Positions 11,934 through 21,301 of a stretch of 64,000 bases of DNA are shown piece after piece (the stretch's first letter is position 1; each line of letters begins with the position of its first letter). This DNA comes from an uncultured Pelagibacteraceae bacterium (GTDB lineage Bacteria; Pseudomonadota; Alphaproteobacteria; Pelagibacterales; Pelagibacteraceae), in NCBI GenBank assembly GCA_902540595.1, contig CACBNI010000005.1:5716-69715 (forward strand), written 5' to 3'. The position numbers and the translations under genes are program-made. A model generated the notes under the pieces. The model did no database searches. It saw only the letters and a program-made list of their open reading frames with translations, and had not been told where the DNA came from.

Positions 11934-13225
11934 TATTTAAAAACTCTTCTAAAGATTAAATTTACATTTTTAAAATGTTTGGAGTAACTAAAGATGGAAT
12001 TAAGTCTTTTTTGAGAAATTTTAGTCATAATTAATTTATCCTTTAAAAGAACATCATATAAATTTAGATTTTCTGCAAAACACTTTTTTGCATAGCTCTG
12101 AACCATTTTGTAGGATTCTTCTCTACTTAACCCAGATTTAGTTAATTCTAACATTACTTCTTGTGAAAAAATCAAACCTTTTGTTATATTTAGATTTTCA
12201 AGCATTTTTTTTGGATACACAATCATGTTATCTAAAATATTAGTAAGTCTTACTAGAGCAAAGTCGGTTGTAATATTAGCATCTGGACCAATATTTCTTT
12301 CCACACTCGAATGGGAAATATCTCTTTCATGCCATAAAGCAATATTTTCTAATGCAGGCACAACTGCACTTCTTACCATTCTTGCTAGTCCGGTTAAGTT
12401 TTCACTTAAAATAGGATTTTTTTTATGAGGCATTGCTGATGAGCCCTTTTGTTTTTTTGAAAAATATTCCTGTAGCTCATAAACTTCAGTTCTCTGCAGA
12501 TGTCTAATTTCAGTGGCAACCCTCTCTATTGAACCAGCTATAATTCCTAAAACTGAAAAATAAAATGCATGTCTGTCTCTTGGTATAACTTGTGTTGAAA
12601 TTGGCTCTACTTTTAAACCTAATTTTTTTGCAACGTGTTTTTCTACATTAGGATTAATGTTAGCAAATGTTCCAACAGCTCCAGATATTGCACAAGTTGA
12701 AACCTCATCAATTGCAGCTGCTAATCTCTTCCTATTTCTCTTAAATTCCTCGTAAAATGAGGCTAATTTTAATCCAAAAGTAATTGGTTCTGCATGAATA
12801 CCATGACTACGTCCCATACAAGGAGTTAGTTTATATTTTTTAGCCTGTCTTCTAAGAACTTTTAAAATTTGATCGATATCGTTTAAAATTATTTTTCCTG
12901 ATTGGACTAATTGAATATTGAAACTAGTATCTAAAACATCTGAGGAAGTCATACCTTGGTGAAGATATCTAGCTTTAATTCCAGCTTTTTCAGTAATTGA
13001 AGATAAAAAGGCTATCACATCGTGTTTAACCTCAGACTCTATATTGTGAATTCTTGAGACATTAATTTTAGCTTTTTTTCTTACTATAGATGCAACGCCT
13101 CTTGGAATTTGTCCAAGTTTTTCCATCGCCTCTGCTGCAGCAATTTCAACATCTAACCAGATTTTATATTTATTTTCCTCTGACCAAATGTCAGTTAATT
13201 GTTTACGCGAGTACCTTTTAATCAT
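11933..13225 (-). CDS. purB: Adenylosuccinate lyase
   Basis: [30 protein letters not shown]. Confidence 0.97.
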   Translation of the reverse strand: MIKRYSRKQLTDIWSEENKYKIWLDVEIAAAEAMEKLGQIPRGVASIVRKKAKINVSRIHNIESEVKHDVIAFLSSITEKAGIKARYLHQGMTSSDVLDTSFNIQLVQSGKIILNDIDQILKVLRRQAKKYKLTPCMGRSHGIHAEPITFGLKLASFYEEFKRNRKRLAAAIDEVSTCAISGAVGTFANINPNVEKHVAKKLGLKVEPISTQVIPRDRHAFYFSVLGIIAGSIERVATEIRHLQRTEVYELQEYFSKKQKGSSAMPHKKNPILSENLTGLARMVRSAVVPALENIALWHERDISHSSVERNIGPDANITTDFALVRLTNILDNMIVYPKKMLENLNITKGLIFSQEVMLELTKSGLSREESYKMVQSYAKKCFAENLNLYDVLLKDKLIMTKISQKRLNSIFSYSKHFKNVNLIFRRVFK

Positions 13226-13228
13226 TAA

Positions 13229-13999
13229 TTATAAGTATGGAGGCTTTGAATAACCCTTAGCAGATTCTGTAAAGATTTCATAACCATTTTCAGTAATTCC
13301 TAGGGTATGTTCAAATTGAGCAGATAAAGATTTATCTTTTGTAACTGCTGTCCAGCCATCATTTAACATCTTTACATCATATTTTCCTGAATTGATCATA
13401 GGTTCAATAGTAAATGTCATACCAGGCCTAAGTTCCATACCTGTATTTTTACTTCCATAATGTAAAATATTTGGTGACTCATGAAATGTTGTGCTAATTC
13501 CATGACCACAAAAATCTCTTACTACAGAAAAACCTTTTTTTTCAACAAATGATTGAATTGTATATCCAATATCACCTAATTTAATTCCTGGTTTTAAAAT
13601 TTTAATTGCTCTCATCATCGACTCATAAGTTGTTTCGATTAAGTTATTTAGTTTCACTGGAGTTTTGCCAATGCAAAACATTCTACTGGTGTCACCATAA
13701 TGCTCATCAACAATTGCAGTTACATCCACATTCACTGCATCACTATCTCTCAAAATTCTATCGGAAGGTATACCATGACAGACAACATGATTTAGAGATG
13801 TACATAGTGATTTTGTGAAACCTCTATAATATAGCGGAGCAGAGTACCCTCCATTATCTCTTATAAACTCATATCCCAATTTATCAATATAGTCTGTACT
13901 TACACCTTCTTTAATGTTTTCTGTTAACATATCTAAGGTTCTAGCCGCAAGATTACCTGCGACTTTCATCTTTTCGAATTTTTCTTTATAATCACTCAT
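13229..13999 (-). CDS. map: Type I methionine aminopeptidase
   Basis: CHGIP, DVT, GDTSRM, GHGI, TIEPM, SAQFEHT. Confidence 0.96.
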   Translation of the reverse strand: MSDYKEKFEKMKVAGNLAARTLDMLTENIKEGVSTDYIDKLGYEFIRDNGGYSAPLYYRGFTKSLCTSLNHVVCHGIPSDRILRDSDAVNVDVTAIVDEHYGDTSRMFCIGKTPVKLNNLIETTYESMMRAIKILKPGIKLGDIGYTIQSFVEKKGFSVVRDFCGHGISTTFHESPNILHYGSKNTGMELRPGMTFTIEPMINSGKYDVKMLNDGWTAVTKDKSLSAQFEHTLGITENGYEIFTESAKGYSKPPYL

Positions 14000-14690
14000 C
14001 TATTATTTTAAGTTTTTGATCTATAAAAATTTTTTTTGAACTTATGTTGCATCTGTAAGCTAAAAAATTTACTCCTGCTTTTTTAGCTAGTAGATAATTT
14101 TTATAATACCGCTCATCTATATCTTTAGCTATTTTAAAATATTTCATATTTTGAATTTGGACTAAAAATAACAGATATGTTTTATAACCTTTTTTTATGG
14201 CATCAATAAGGGTTAATAAATGTTTTGATCCCCTTGATGTTATAGCATCAGGAAATTCAGCAGTGTTTTTGTCTCTAAATAAAGTAACATTTTTAACTTC
14301 TACAAAGCTTTTTTGGCTTTTCTTTTCTAATAAAAAATCAAATCTGGTCTCTTTATTATAAAATACCTCTGGTTTAATAACGTCGTTATTTTTAAGCTCA
14401 TTGATTAGGTTATTTTCTAAACCATGCTGTGCAATTCTATTAGCCATATGAGTATTAACTCCAACTAAATTTTTTCTAGACTTTATAATCTCTAGACCAA
14501 ATTTAAGTTTTCTTTTTGGATCATTATTGGGAAGTAAATAGACTTCATTACCCTCATCTAACAAGCCTTTCATAGAACCTGTATTTGGACAATGTGCTGT
14601 TACGGTTTCATTTTGTAACTTCACATCTGTAAAAAATCTTTTATATCGCTTGATTAATTTGCCTTTTATTAAAGACTTGGTAAATTCCAT
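13992..14690 (-). CDS. sfsA: DNA/RNA nuclease SfsA
   Basis: KRYKRF, HCPNTGSM, EVKNVTL, FPDAITSRG.KHL. Confidence 0.93.
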   Translation of the reverse strand: MEFTKSLIKGKLIKRYKRFFTDVKLQNETVTAHCPNTGSMKGLLDEGNEVYLLPNNDPKRKLKFGLEIIKSRKNLVGVNTHMANRIAQHGLENNLINELKNNDVIKPEVFYNKETRFDFLLEKKSQKSFVEVKNVTLFRDKNTAEFPDAITSRGSKHLLTLIDAIKKGYKTYLLFLVQIQNMKYFKIAKDIDERYYKNYLLAKKAGVNFLAYRCNISSKKIFIDQKLKIIDE

Positions 14691-14710
14691 CTCTAAATTA
14701 TATATATTAA

Positions 14711-15460
14711 ATGTCTAAAAAAACAAAAGTTAATGCCGGGATTTTAATTATTGGCAACGAAATTCTATCTGGACGAACTCAAGATACCAATACGACGACA
14801 ATAGCCGTGTGGTTAAATTCAATCGGTGTTAAAGTAGAGGAGGTTAGGGTAATTCCAGATGTTGAAAAAACAATTATTGATACGTTAAATCTACTAAAAT
14901 CAATTTATGATTATGTTTTTACAACCGGTGGTATAGGCCCAACTCATGATGATATCACAGCCGAGTCCGTTTCAAAAACTTTTGGGTTAAAATATGAAAT
15001 TCATAAAGAAGCTTTTAAAATTTTAGAGGCATATTACAAACCAGGTGAGTTTAATGAGGGGCGACAGAAAATGTGCTGGATGCCTGAAAACGCAAATTTA
15101 ATTTTAAATCCTACAAGCGGTGCACCTGGATTTAATGTTGAAAATGTTTTTTGTTTGCCAGGTGTACCATCTATTTTAAAATCGATGTTAGGTGGTTTAA
15201 CAAACACTATAGTTGGTGGTGAACCTATTAAAAGTCATACAATAAGTTTAAGAACAGTTGAAAGTGAAATAGCAAACTCTTTAACTAAAGTACAAAATGA
15301 TAACCAAGATGTTGAGATAGGAAGCTATCCTTTTTTTCATGCGGGAAAATTAGGTGTTTCAATTGTTATAAGATCTGAGGATCAAACCAAAATAGATGTT
15401 TGTAACTCTCAAATTCTGAAATTTGTTAATGCAAAAAAAATTGAAGTTGTTGAGAGGTAA
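14711..15460 (+). CDS. CinA-like/molybdopterin-binding domain protein
   Basis: IIGNEILSG..QDTN, TGGIGPTHDDIT, LPGVP. Confidence 0.88.
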   Translation: MSKKTKVNAGILIIGNEILSGRTQDTNTTTIAVWLNSIGVKVEEVRVIPDVEKTIIDTLNLLKSIYDYVFTTGGIGPTHDDITAESVSKTFGLKYEIHKEAFKILEAYYKPGEFNEGRQKMCWMPENANLILNPTSGAPGFNVENVFCLPGVPSILKSMLGGLTNTIVGGEPIKSHTISLRTVESEIANSLTKVQNDNQDVEIGSYPFFHAGKLGVSIVIRSEDQTKIDVCNSQILKFVNAKKIEVVER

Positions 15461-15861
15461 TGCTTTATTTTGCATACGGTAGCAATCTGCATCACTTTCA
15501 GATGAAACGAAGATGTAAAGATAGCATTTTTTTAAAAAAAATTAATTTAAAAGACTTCAGACTAACATTTAGAAGTAAATATAGAGCTGCAGATATCGAA
15601 ATTAAGAAAAACTCAATTGTGCCTGGAGCTTTATTTGAGATTTCTAAAAGTGATGAAAAAAAATTAGATGTATATGAGGACTACCCAATACTTTATAAGA
15701 AACATTATTTTTCTTATTATGGAAAAAATGTAATGACTTATACGATGGTTAAAAAATCCCCATTTAAGTTTCCAACAGAGAGATACCTAAATATTGTAAA
15801 AAAGGGATATAAGGACTGCAAGCTCGATTACAGATATCTTTCAAAAGCTCTTACAGGTTAA
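15460..15861 (+). CDS. Gamma-glutamylcyclotransferase family protein
   Basis: YFAYGSNL N-terminus, LDVYE. Confidence 0.88.
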   Translation: MLYFAYGSNLHHFQMKRRCKDSIFLKKINLKDFRLTFRSKYRAADIEIKKNSIVPGALFEISKSDEKKLDVYEDYPILYKKHYFSYYGKNVMTYTMVKKSPFKFPTERYLNIVKKGYKDCKLDYRYLSKALTG

Positions 15862-17120
15862 TTATATTTTTTTTCTAAAATTAAATCTAAAAATAGAGAG
15901 GCAGTCCAAGAAAAATTTTTGGCACCATAAGCTTTACCTGTTTTGGTATTAAAGTACTCATAAAAACCATTTTTCTTAACTAAATCAATTGTTTTACTTC
16001 TTACCATTTGCGCAAATTTCTTATCTTTATCTTTTAGTCCTTGATAAATAATCCAGTTACAATTAATCCAAACAGGACCTCTCCAATATCTCTTTTCCTC
16101 ATAACTTGTGTAATTAGGTTTGATACTAGAGAAGAAAAACTTTTCTTTAGTATTATGTTTTTTTAGTGTTTGGATAATTTCCTTATTTATTAATTTATTT
16201 TTTAAATCTGCAAACAAAATAAAATAATTAGTTATTGAAGGTACTGTTATCTTTTTCTTATTCTTTAAATCATAATTAACAAAACTCTTTGTTTTTTTGT
16301 CATATAATTTTTCAATTTTATTTTCAGATTTTAAGACATATTTTTCAATCTCTTTATGTCCAAGATTAAATTTTTTAAGTAAATACAAAAGATCTTTATT
16401 GGCTTTTAAAAAAATAGAATTAAATCCAACATCAACCACATTAAACATTGAGGTCTCGTAAAGTTTCTTTGGATTATACTTATTTTTTCTTAAATGATTT
16501 TTAATAGTCACATATCTATCATAATCAATATCTAAAGGTCTGAAATCGGGATTAACAACTTTATTATCTCCTCTTTTATATTTTAAATTTTTTTCAATTT
16601 TAATTGCATTTAATGGTTCATCCCATAATGGTGAGTTATCGTATCCACTTTCCCATGGGTGCAAAATTGAAACTAGACCTGAATTCTTTGGATCTCTGTA
16701 TTTCATTAGCCATTGATGATATTTTTTAACTTTTTTGATTATTGATTTAATTTTTTCTTTATCTTTAATTATATTTTTATCTAAAATTCTTTTTAATATA
16801 ATTGCAAGCACAGGTGGCTGGGTAATCCCAGATGATTTAATTTTATTTCCACAATTCCATACAGAATGATTTGGGTAATAATTTGTATTTAAATCATGAA
16901 ATAAAATATGAGGGACCATACCATCTTCCCACTGACCATCTAAAAGTGTATTTATTTCATCAAATGCGTACTTGAGATTAAAATGAGAGTATCCTAAGGC
17001 AATAAACCCAGAGTCCCAATTCCATTGAGCTGGGTATAAATTATTATTAGTAGGTAGTGTGTAACCCTTTTTTCTATTACCTAATAAAACTTTTTTTGCC
17101 TGGTTTATTTCGTTTAACAT
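15858..17120 (-). CDS. GH63-like glucosyl/mannosyl-glycerate hydrolase
   Basis: YPAQWNWDSGF, HPWESGYDNSP, YWRGPVW, FYEYF, FSWTA motifs. Confidence 0.82.
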   Translation of the reverse strand: MLNEINQAKKVLLGNRKKGYTLPTNNNLYPAQWNWDSGFIALGYSHFNLKYAFDEINTLLDGQWEDGMVPHILFHDLNTNYYPNHSVWNCGNKIKSSGITQPPVLAIILKRILDKNIIKDKEKIKSIIKKVKKYHQWLMKYRDPKNSGLVSILHPWESGYDNSPLWDEPLNAIKIEKNLKYKRGDNKVVNPDFRPLDIDYDRYVTIKNHLRKNKYNPKKLYETSMFNVVDVGFNSIFLKANKDLLYLLKKFNLGHKEIEKYVLKSENKIEKLYDKKTKSFVNYDLKNKKKITVPSITNYFILFADLKNKLINKEIIQTLKKHNTKEKFFFSSIKPNYTSYEEKRYWRGPVWINCNWIIYQGLKDKDKKFAQMVRSKTIDLVKKNGFYEYFNTKTGKAYGAKNFSWTASLFLDLILEKKYN

Positions 17121-18340
17121 TAAAGATAATACTTATTATCTTCATTTACTGCTTTTTCCAATCTAATTAAAAAATCAGGAATTGCACTTTTTACTCTACT
17201 CCATGTGGGTATAAAAGGTGCATCCATAGGGTTCAAATAAAAGTCCTCTCCGGCTTTAATGATATTACTAGAAAATAACTCAACTGCTTTTTCTTCGGTG
17301 TGAGAGTCAAATTTAAGACCATTTATTTCAGCATCAGCTCTATAAGCGTCGATTAGATCTAAAGCAGACCTGTAATATGTTGCTTTTAACGATCTTAATT
17401 GTTCTCTACTAAAAGAATGACCTTGTGTTGCTAATTTTTTTATAAAAGTTTTAATAATATCAATAGACATTCTTGATAGACCTTTCTTTTCATCATCTAA
17501 TGATAAATCTTGGTGCTTATGTTCATATGTATCTGCTAAATCAACTTGGCAAATATTTTGAGGAGAAAAATTTCTTTGCATTTCTGATAAAATTCCAATT
17601 TCTATACCCCAGTCTGATGAAATTCTAAGCTCAGGTAAAATATTTCTCCTAAATGAGAACTCACCTGCAAGAGGGTATTTAAACGATTTCATAAAGTCCA
17701 AGTAATCACTTTTACCAATAGTTTTTTCTAAAGCATTTAATAATGGAAATACTAATAGTCTTGCTACTCGACCATTCATTTTGTTGTCAGCCACTCTTGG
17801 ATAATAGCCTTTACAAAATTCAAAGTTAAAAAGAGGGTTTACAACTGGATAAAATAATTTAGCAAGCATTCTTCTATCGTAAGTTTTGATATCACAATCG
17901 TGTAAAGCAACAGACCTTGCGCTATCTCTAGCAATAGACATCCCTATACAATACCAAACATTTCTTCCTTTACCGTTTTCATTTGGAGCTAAACCTTTTT
18001 TTTGTAGTTCTTTATCTAATTTTTTCAAATTAGGACCATCATTCCAAAGGATTGTAAATGGAGTTTCTAATTTTTCAAAAAATGTCCAAGCTTTTCTTGC
18101 TTGAGCTTCACTCGCTTGATCTAAACCTATAATTATATGATGGATATAGTTTGTCTTAGATATCTCTTCAACGATCTTTGGAAGGGCATCACCTTTTAAT
18201 TCTGAATAAAGACATGGCAATATAAGCTCCATCTTTCTTTCTTTAGAAAAGTCTAAAAGTTCCTTCTCAATTTGCTCTAGTGATTTTGTTCCAAAATCAT
18301 GAAGTGTTGAAATAATTCCATTCTGAGAAAACTCGCTCAT
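17120..18340 (-). CDS. Glucosyl/mannosyl-3-phosphoglycerate synthase (GT-A glycosyltransferase)
   Basis: GKGRNVW, HDCDI, KGYY, GRVARL, YPLAGEF, WGIEIG, YEHKHQ; next to a cognate phosphatase. Confidence 0.82.
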   Translation of the reverse strand: MSEFSQNGIISTLHDFGTKSLEQIEKELLDFSKERKMELILPCLYSELKGDALPKIVEEISKTNYIHHIIIGLDQASEAQARKAWTFFEKLETPFTILWNDGPNLKKLDKELQKKGLAPNENGKGRNVWYCIGMSIARDSARSVALHDCDIKTYDRRMLAKLFYPVVNPLFNFEFCKGYYPRVADNKMNGRVARLLVFPLLNALEKTIGKSDYLDFMKSFKYPLAGEFSFRRNILPELRISSDWGIEIGILSEMQRNFSPQNICQVDLADTYEHKHQDLSLDDEKKGLSRMSIDIIKTFIKKLATQGHSFSREQLRSLKATYYRSALDLIDAYRADAEINGLKFDSHTEEKAVELFSSNIIKAGEDFYLNPMDAPFIPTWSRVKSAIPDFLIRLEKAVNEDNKYYL

Positions 18341-18351
18341 ATAAAACTTTA

Positions 18352-19146
18352 TTAATTTTTATTAATTTTGGCCAGAGCCATTTTGATCACATCTGCCCAG
18401 CCTACAGGCGATGGCTTATTAGTTATGATTAAATTTTTTATAGGAATTTCATCTAAGGTAAATTTGTCATTGAAAACTAAGCAAGGAAAGTCGCTAGTTT
18501 TAAGCATATCCAAATCATTATAATTATCACCAACAGCTATTGTTTTTACTTCTTTATTATTTTTTTTAAAAAATCTGACAAACACTTGAAGAGCTTTAGC
18601 TTTATTTACTTTATCGGTTAAATTTATAACTCTCCCACCTTCTTGCAATGCTAGTCCCTTATTTTTGACAATTTTAAATAGTTTATTTTTTTCATTTTTG
18701 TTTCCTTCAAATACAAAAGGAATAGTATACTTACGATCTAAAGCCATTTTAAGTTTTTCATCCTCTAAACCAAAAATTAAACTTTGTTTTCTCTTATCCA
18801 TTTCCGATAACCATTTACATTTATTTTGTAAGTTTTCTGGGACTGTCTTTTTAAAAATATTGATTAAATTATTTTTATCTCTACTTAAGATAAGTTCTTT
18901 TGGTAAATTAGAATTTAATAAATCTAAACCGTTAATAGCTGCTCCATTTTCAGAAATATAAGGTAAATTCGAACCTAACTCATTATTGAATTCTAAAATT
19001 TCTTTTTCAGTTTTGCTTGTATTAGGTATTATAAAAATACCTTTAGAAAGCAGTTTTTTTAAATAATCTTTAATTTCATCAAATTTGAAAGTATCTCTAT
19101 CAAGAAGTGATCCGTCAAGATCTGTAAAAATTAAAGTTTTTAACAT
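18352..19146 (-). CDS. HAD-IIB glucosyl/mannosyl-3-phosphoglycerate phosphatase
   Basis: FTDLDGSLL, TSKT, ENGA, GGR, GDNYNDLDML. Confidence 0.85.
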   Translation of the reverse strand: MLKTLIFTDLDGSLLDRDTFKFDEIKDYLKKLLSKGIFIIPNTSKTEKEILEFNNELGSNLPYISENGAAINGLDLLNSNLPKELILSRDKNNLINIFKKTVPENLQNKCKWLSEMDKRKQSLIFGLEDEKLKMALDRKYTIPFVFEGNKNEKNKLFKIVKNKGLALQEGGRVINLTDKVNKAKALQVFVRFFKKNNKEVKTIAVGDNYNDLDMLKTSDFPCLVFNDKFTLDEIPIKNLIITNKPSPVGWADVIKMALAKINKN

Positions 19147-19166
19147 TCTTTAAATTTTATTAAGTT

Positions 19167-20030
19167 TTATTTATCTTTTACCGAAGCCAATTCTGGAAAT
19201 CTATCAAATAAAATATTTGCAGGTCTCTCTCCAGATCTTAATGGATCAATAAGCATTACTTGGCTTGGCATAATATTAGTTAAATTACAGTCTGAGCCAA
19301 ACAGCTTAAAATAATTAAGGACATCCAAATACCATCTCATGTCAGCTTCTTTGGGTGATGTAACTTCAAATGCGACAACACTTTTTCCATAATTTTCTTG
19401 TAAACCAACTAATACTTCTGACTTACTATCATGAAGTTCAATTTCTTCATGATCAATAAGCATTGCAAATGCCCCGTACTCAAAAAACCGATCTGCAGTT
19501 TCAATAATTTGTTTCAATGTAGTAGGAATATTTTTTTTTGTTTTTCTCCATCCGCTCTCTGGATGATGCTCATAGATTATATTCATCCCATTTTTAATTG
19601 CGCGATTACACCAATCTTTGATTTGATTTTCAGGTATGTCTCCAAACGTATTCATGAACTCCATTGCTGAAAATCCTAAATCAGCAGCAGCATCAATTGC
19701 TTCATTTACTTTTCCCTTTTTAAAAGCTTTTAAAAAGTAACCGTGGTCTAAGTAAGGTTGAATTGAATGCTTTTTGTAAAGTTTAATCTTACGTTCCAAC
19801 CACTCCTTCGGGTGACCCAGAACTTGCAATGTTGTAATTTTAACGTGATCTATTCTATTATTAGCGACTTCTAGAAAATCTTCTAACTCCCGAAGTCCCA
19901 TTCTTTCGCGATACCATGGTGCTTCATCAAAACCTACGTCTTTCATCCATAGTTGTGATTTTTTTCGAGGCTTTGGTCCAATACTGCTTAAATTAAAAAT
20001 TTTTTTTATTGAATTTGTGGTTTTTGACAT
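19167..20030 (-). CDS. Divergent phosphosulfolactate synthase (ComA)-like protein
   Basis: KPRK..., GLRELEDFLEVA...IDHVK, LERKIKLYKKH, LGFSAMEF, N.TNI...V...LR.G pattern of the ComA family; canonical GWGT segment absent. Confidence 0.62.
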   Translation of the reverse strand: MSKTTNSIKKIFNLSSIGPKPRKKSQLWMKDVGFDEAPWYRERMGLRELEDFLEVANNRIDHVKITTLQVLGHPKEWLERKIKLYKKHSIQPYLDHGYFLKAFKKGKVNEAIDAAADLGFSAMEFMNTFGDIPENQIKDWCNRAIKNGMNIIYEHHPESGWRKTKKNIPTTLKQIIETADRFFEYGAFAMLIDHEEIELHDSKSEVLVGLQENYGKSVVAFEVTSPKEADMRWYLDVLNYFKLFGSDCNLTNIMPSQVMLIDPLRSGERPANILFDRFPELASVKDK

Positions 20031-20181
20031 GTTTTTTTTATAACTTTGTATAAGTCAAAAGCATCAATTCTCAAGTATTTTCAGCATTTTTCAACTTACT
20101 GTTTCAATTTGAAATATAATAGTTGAAAAACCCATAATGAACAAGTTATAGTTCAAATTTACATTCTCGAGGGGGGAAATT

Positions 20182-21255
20182 ATGCGTAAAATTTTAATAC
20201 TTATAATAATGTCGTTATTCTCATTTGTATCTGTCGCGAGTGCAGATGTGAATTTCTCAGGTAAAACAATTACATGGGTCGTACCATTTAAAGAAGGTGG
20301 TGGTACCAGCAGATTTGCAAGATTCATTCAACCTTTCTTAAAAAAATACTTACCTGGAAATCCTGATGTCCAAATCATGCATATACCAGGAGGTGGAGCT
20401 ATTAAAGGTTCAAATTATTTTGAAAAAAATGCTAAAGCAGATGGAACTTTTATTTTTGGAAGCTCAACTTCAGTTATAGTTAATGTTGCTACTGGAAATC
20501 CACTTGTTAAATATAATCTTAGCGAATACCGACCAGTAGTTCTACTACCACAAAATACTCATTGGTTTACTCGTTCTGACTTAGCTGAGCCTCATGATTT
20601 GTCTAAAATTAAAGAAAGAAAGTTAGTTCTTTATGCATTGAAAACTCCTGCATCTGCAGATTTATTTCATATATGGATCTACGATAAGCTTGGTATAAAA
20701 GGAGCTAAACCTATACCTGGTCTTTCATCTTCAGGAGGTTATCAAGCATTTCTAAGAGGTGAAATTCATCTAAGTTCACATGGAGCAGCCAACTATGTAA
20801 AAAAAGTTAAGCCTGAAATAGAAAAAGGAAAAGTTGTAGATTTAATGACATTAGGAATTATAGGGGCTGATGGTTCAGTTTCTAGAAATCCTTTGGCACC
20901 AAATGCACCCACATTTCCTGAAATGTATGAGAAGGTAAATGGTAAAAAACTTGAAGGTGATGATCTTGAAGCATATTATGCAATAGGTGCTGCATGGTCT
21001 CAAGCATCTAAAGCAATGATGCTTCCAAAAGATGCATCCGATGAAATAGTTAAAGCATACAGAGATGCAGCTACTAAAATGACAAATGACCCAGAGTTTA
21101 AGGCTAAAGCTTTAAAAGCTCTTGGACCATTTCCATTAATCATAGGAGAAGAAGCTGGTGAAATTATTAAAAAAGCTGCAGTATTTTCTGATACTACTAA
21201 AAAGCAATTAAATGCAGCTTTAAAGAAACATAAATTCACGTATAGAGTTCAATAG
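20182..21255 (+). CDS. Tripartite tricarboxylate transporter substrate-binding protein (TctC/Bug-like)
   Basis: Signal peptide, VPFKEGGGT, PGGGAIKG, ADG, PTFPE. Confidence 0.85.
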   Translation: MRKILILIIMSLFSFVSVASADVNFSGKTITWVVPFKEGGGTSRFARFIQPFLKKYLPGNPDVQIMHIPGGGAIKGSNYFEKNAKADGTFIFGSSTSVIVNVATGNPLVKYNLSEYRPVVLLPQNTHWFTRSDLAEPHDLSKIKERKLVLYALKTPASADLFHIWIYDKLGIKGAKPIPGLSSSGGYQAFLRGEIHLSSHGAANYVKKVKPEIEKGKVVDLMTLGIIGADGSVSRNPLAPNAPTFPEMYEKVNGKKLEGDDLEAYYAIGAAWSQASKAMMLPKDASDEIVKAYRDAATKMTNDPEFKAKALKALGPFPLIIGEEAGEIIKKAAVFSDTTKKQLNAALKKHKFTYRVQ

Positions 21256-21271
21256 AACAAATAAAAAAAGC

Positions 21272-21301
21272 GCTGCTAGCTATTAGCTAGCAGCTTTTTT
21301 T
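21272..21301 (+). terminator. Intrinsic terminator-like hairpin between the tctC-like and tctA-like genes
   Basis: 10-bp perfect stem GCTGCTAGCT/AGCTAGCAGC, 3-nt loop, followed by T7; A tract upstream. Confidence 0.75.
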
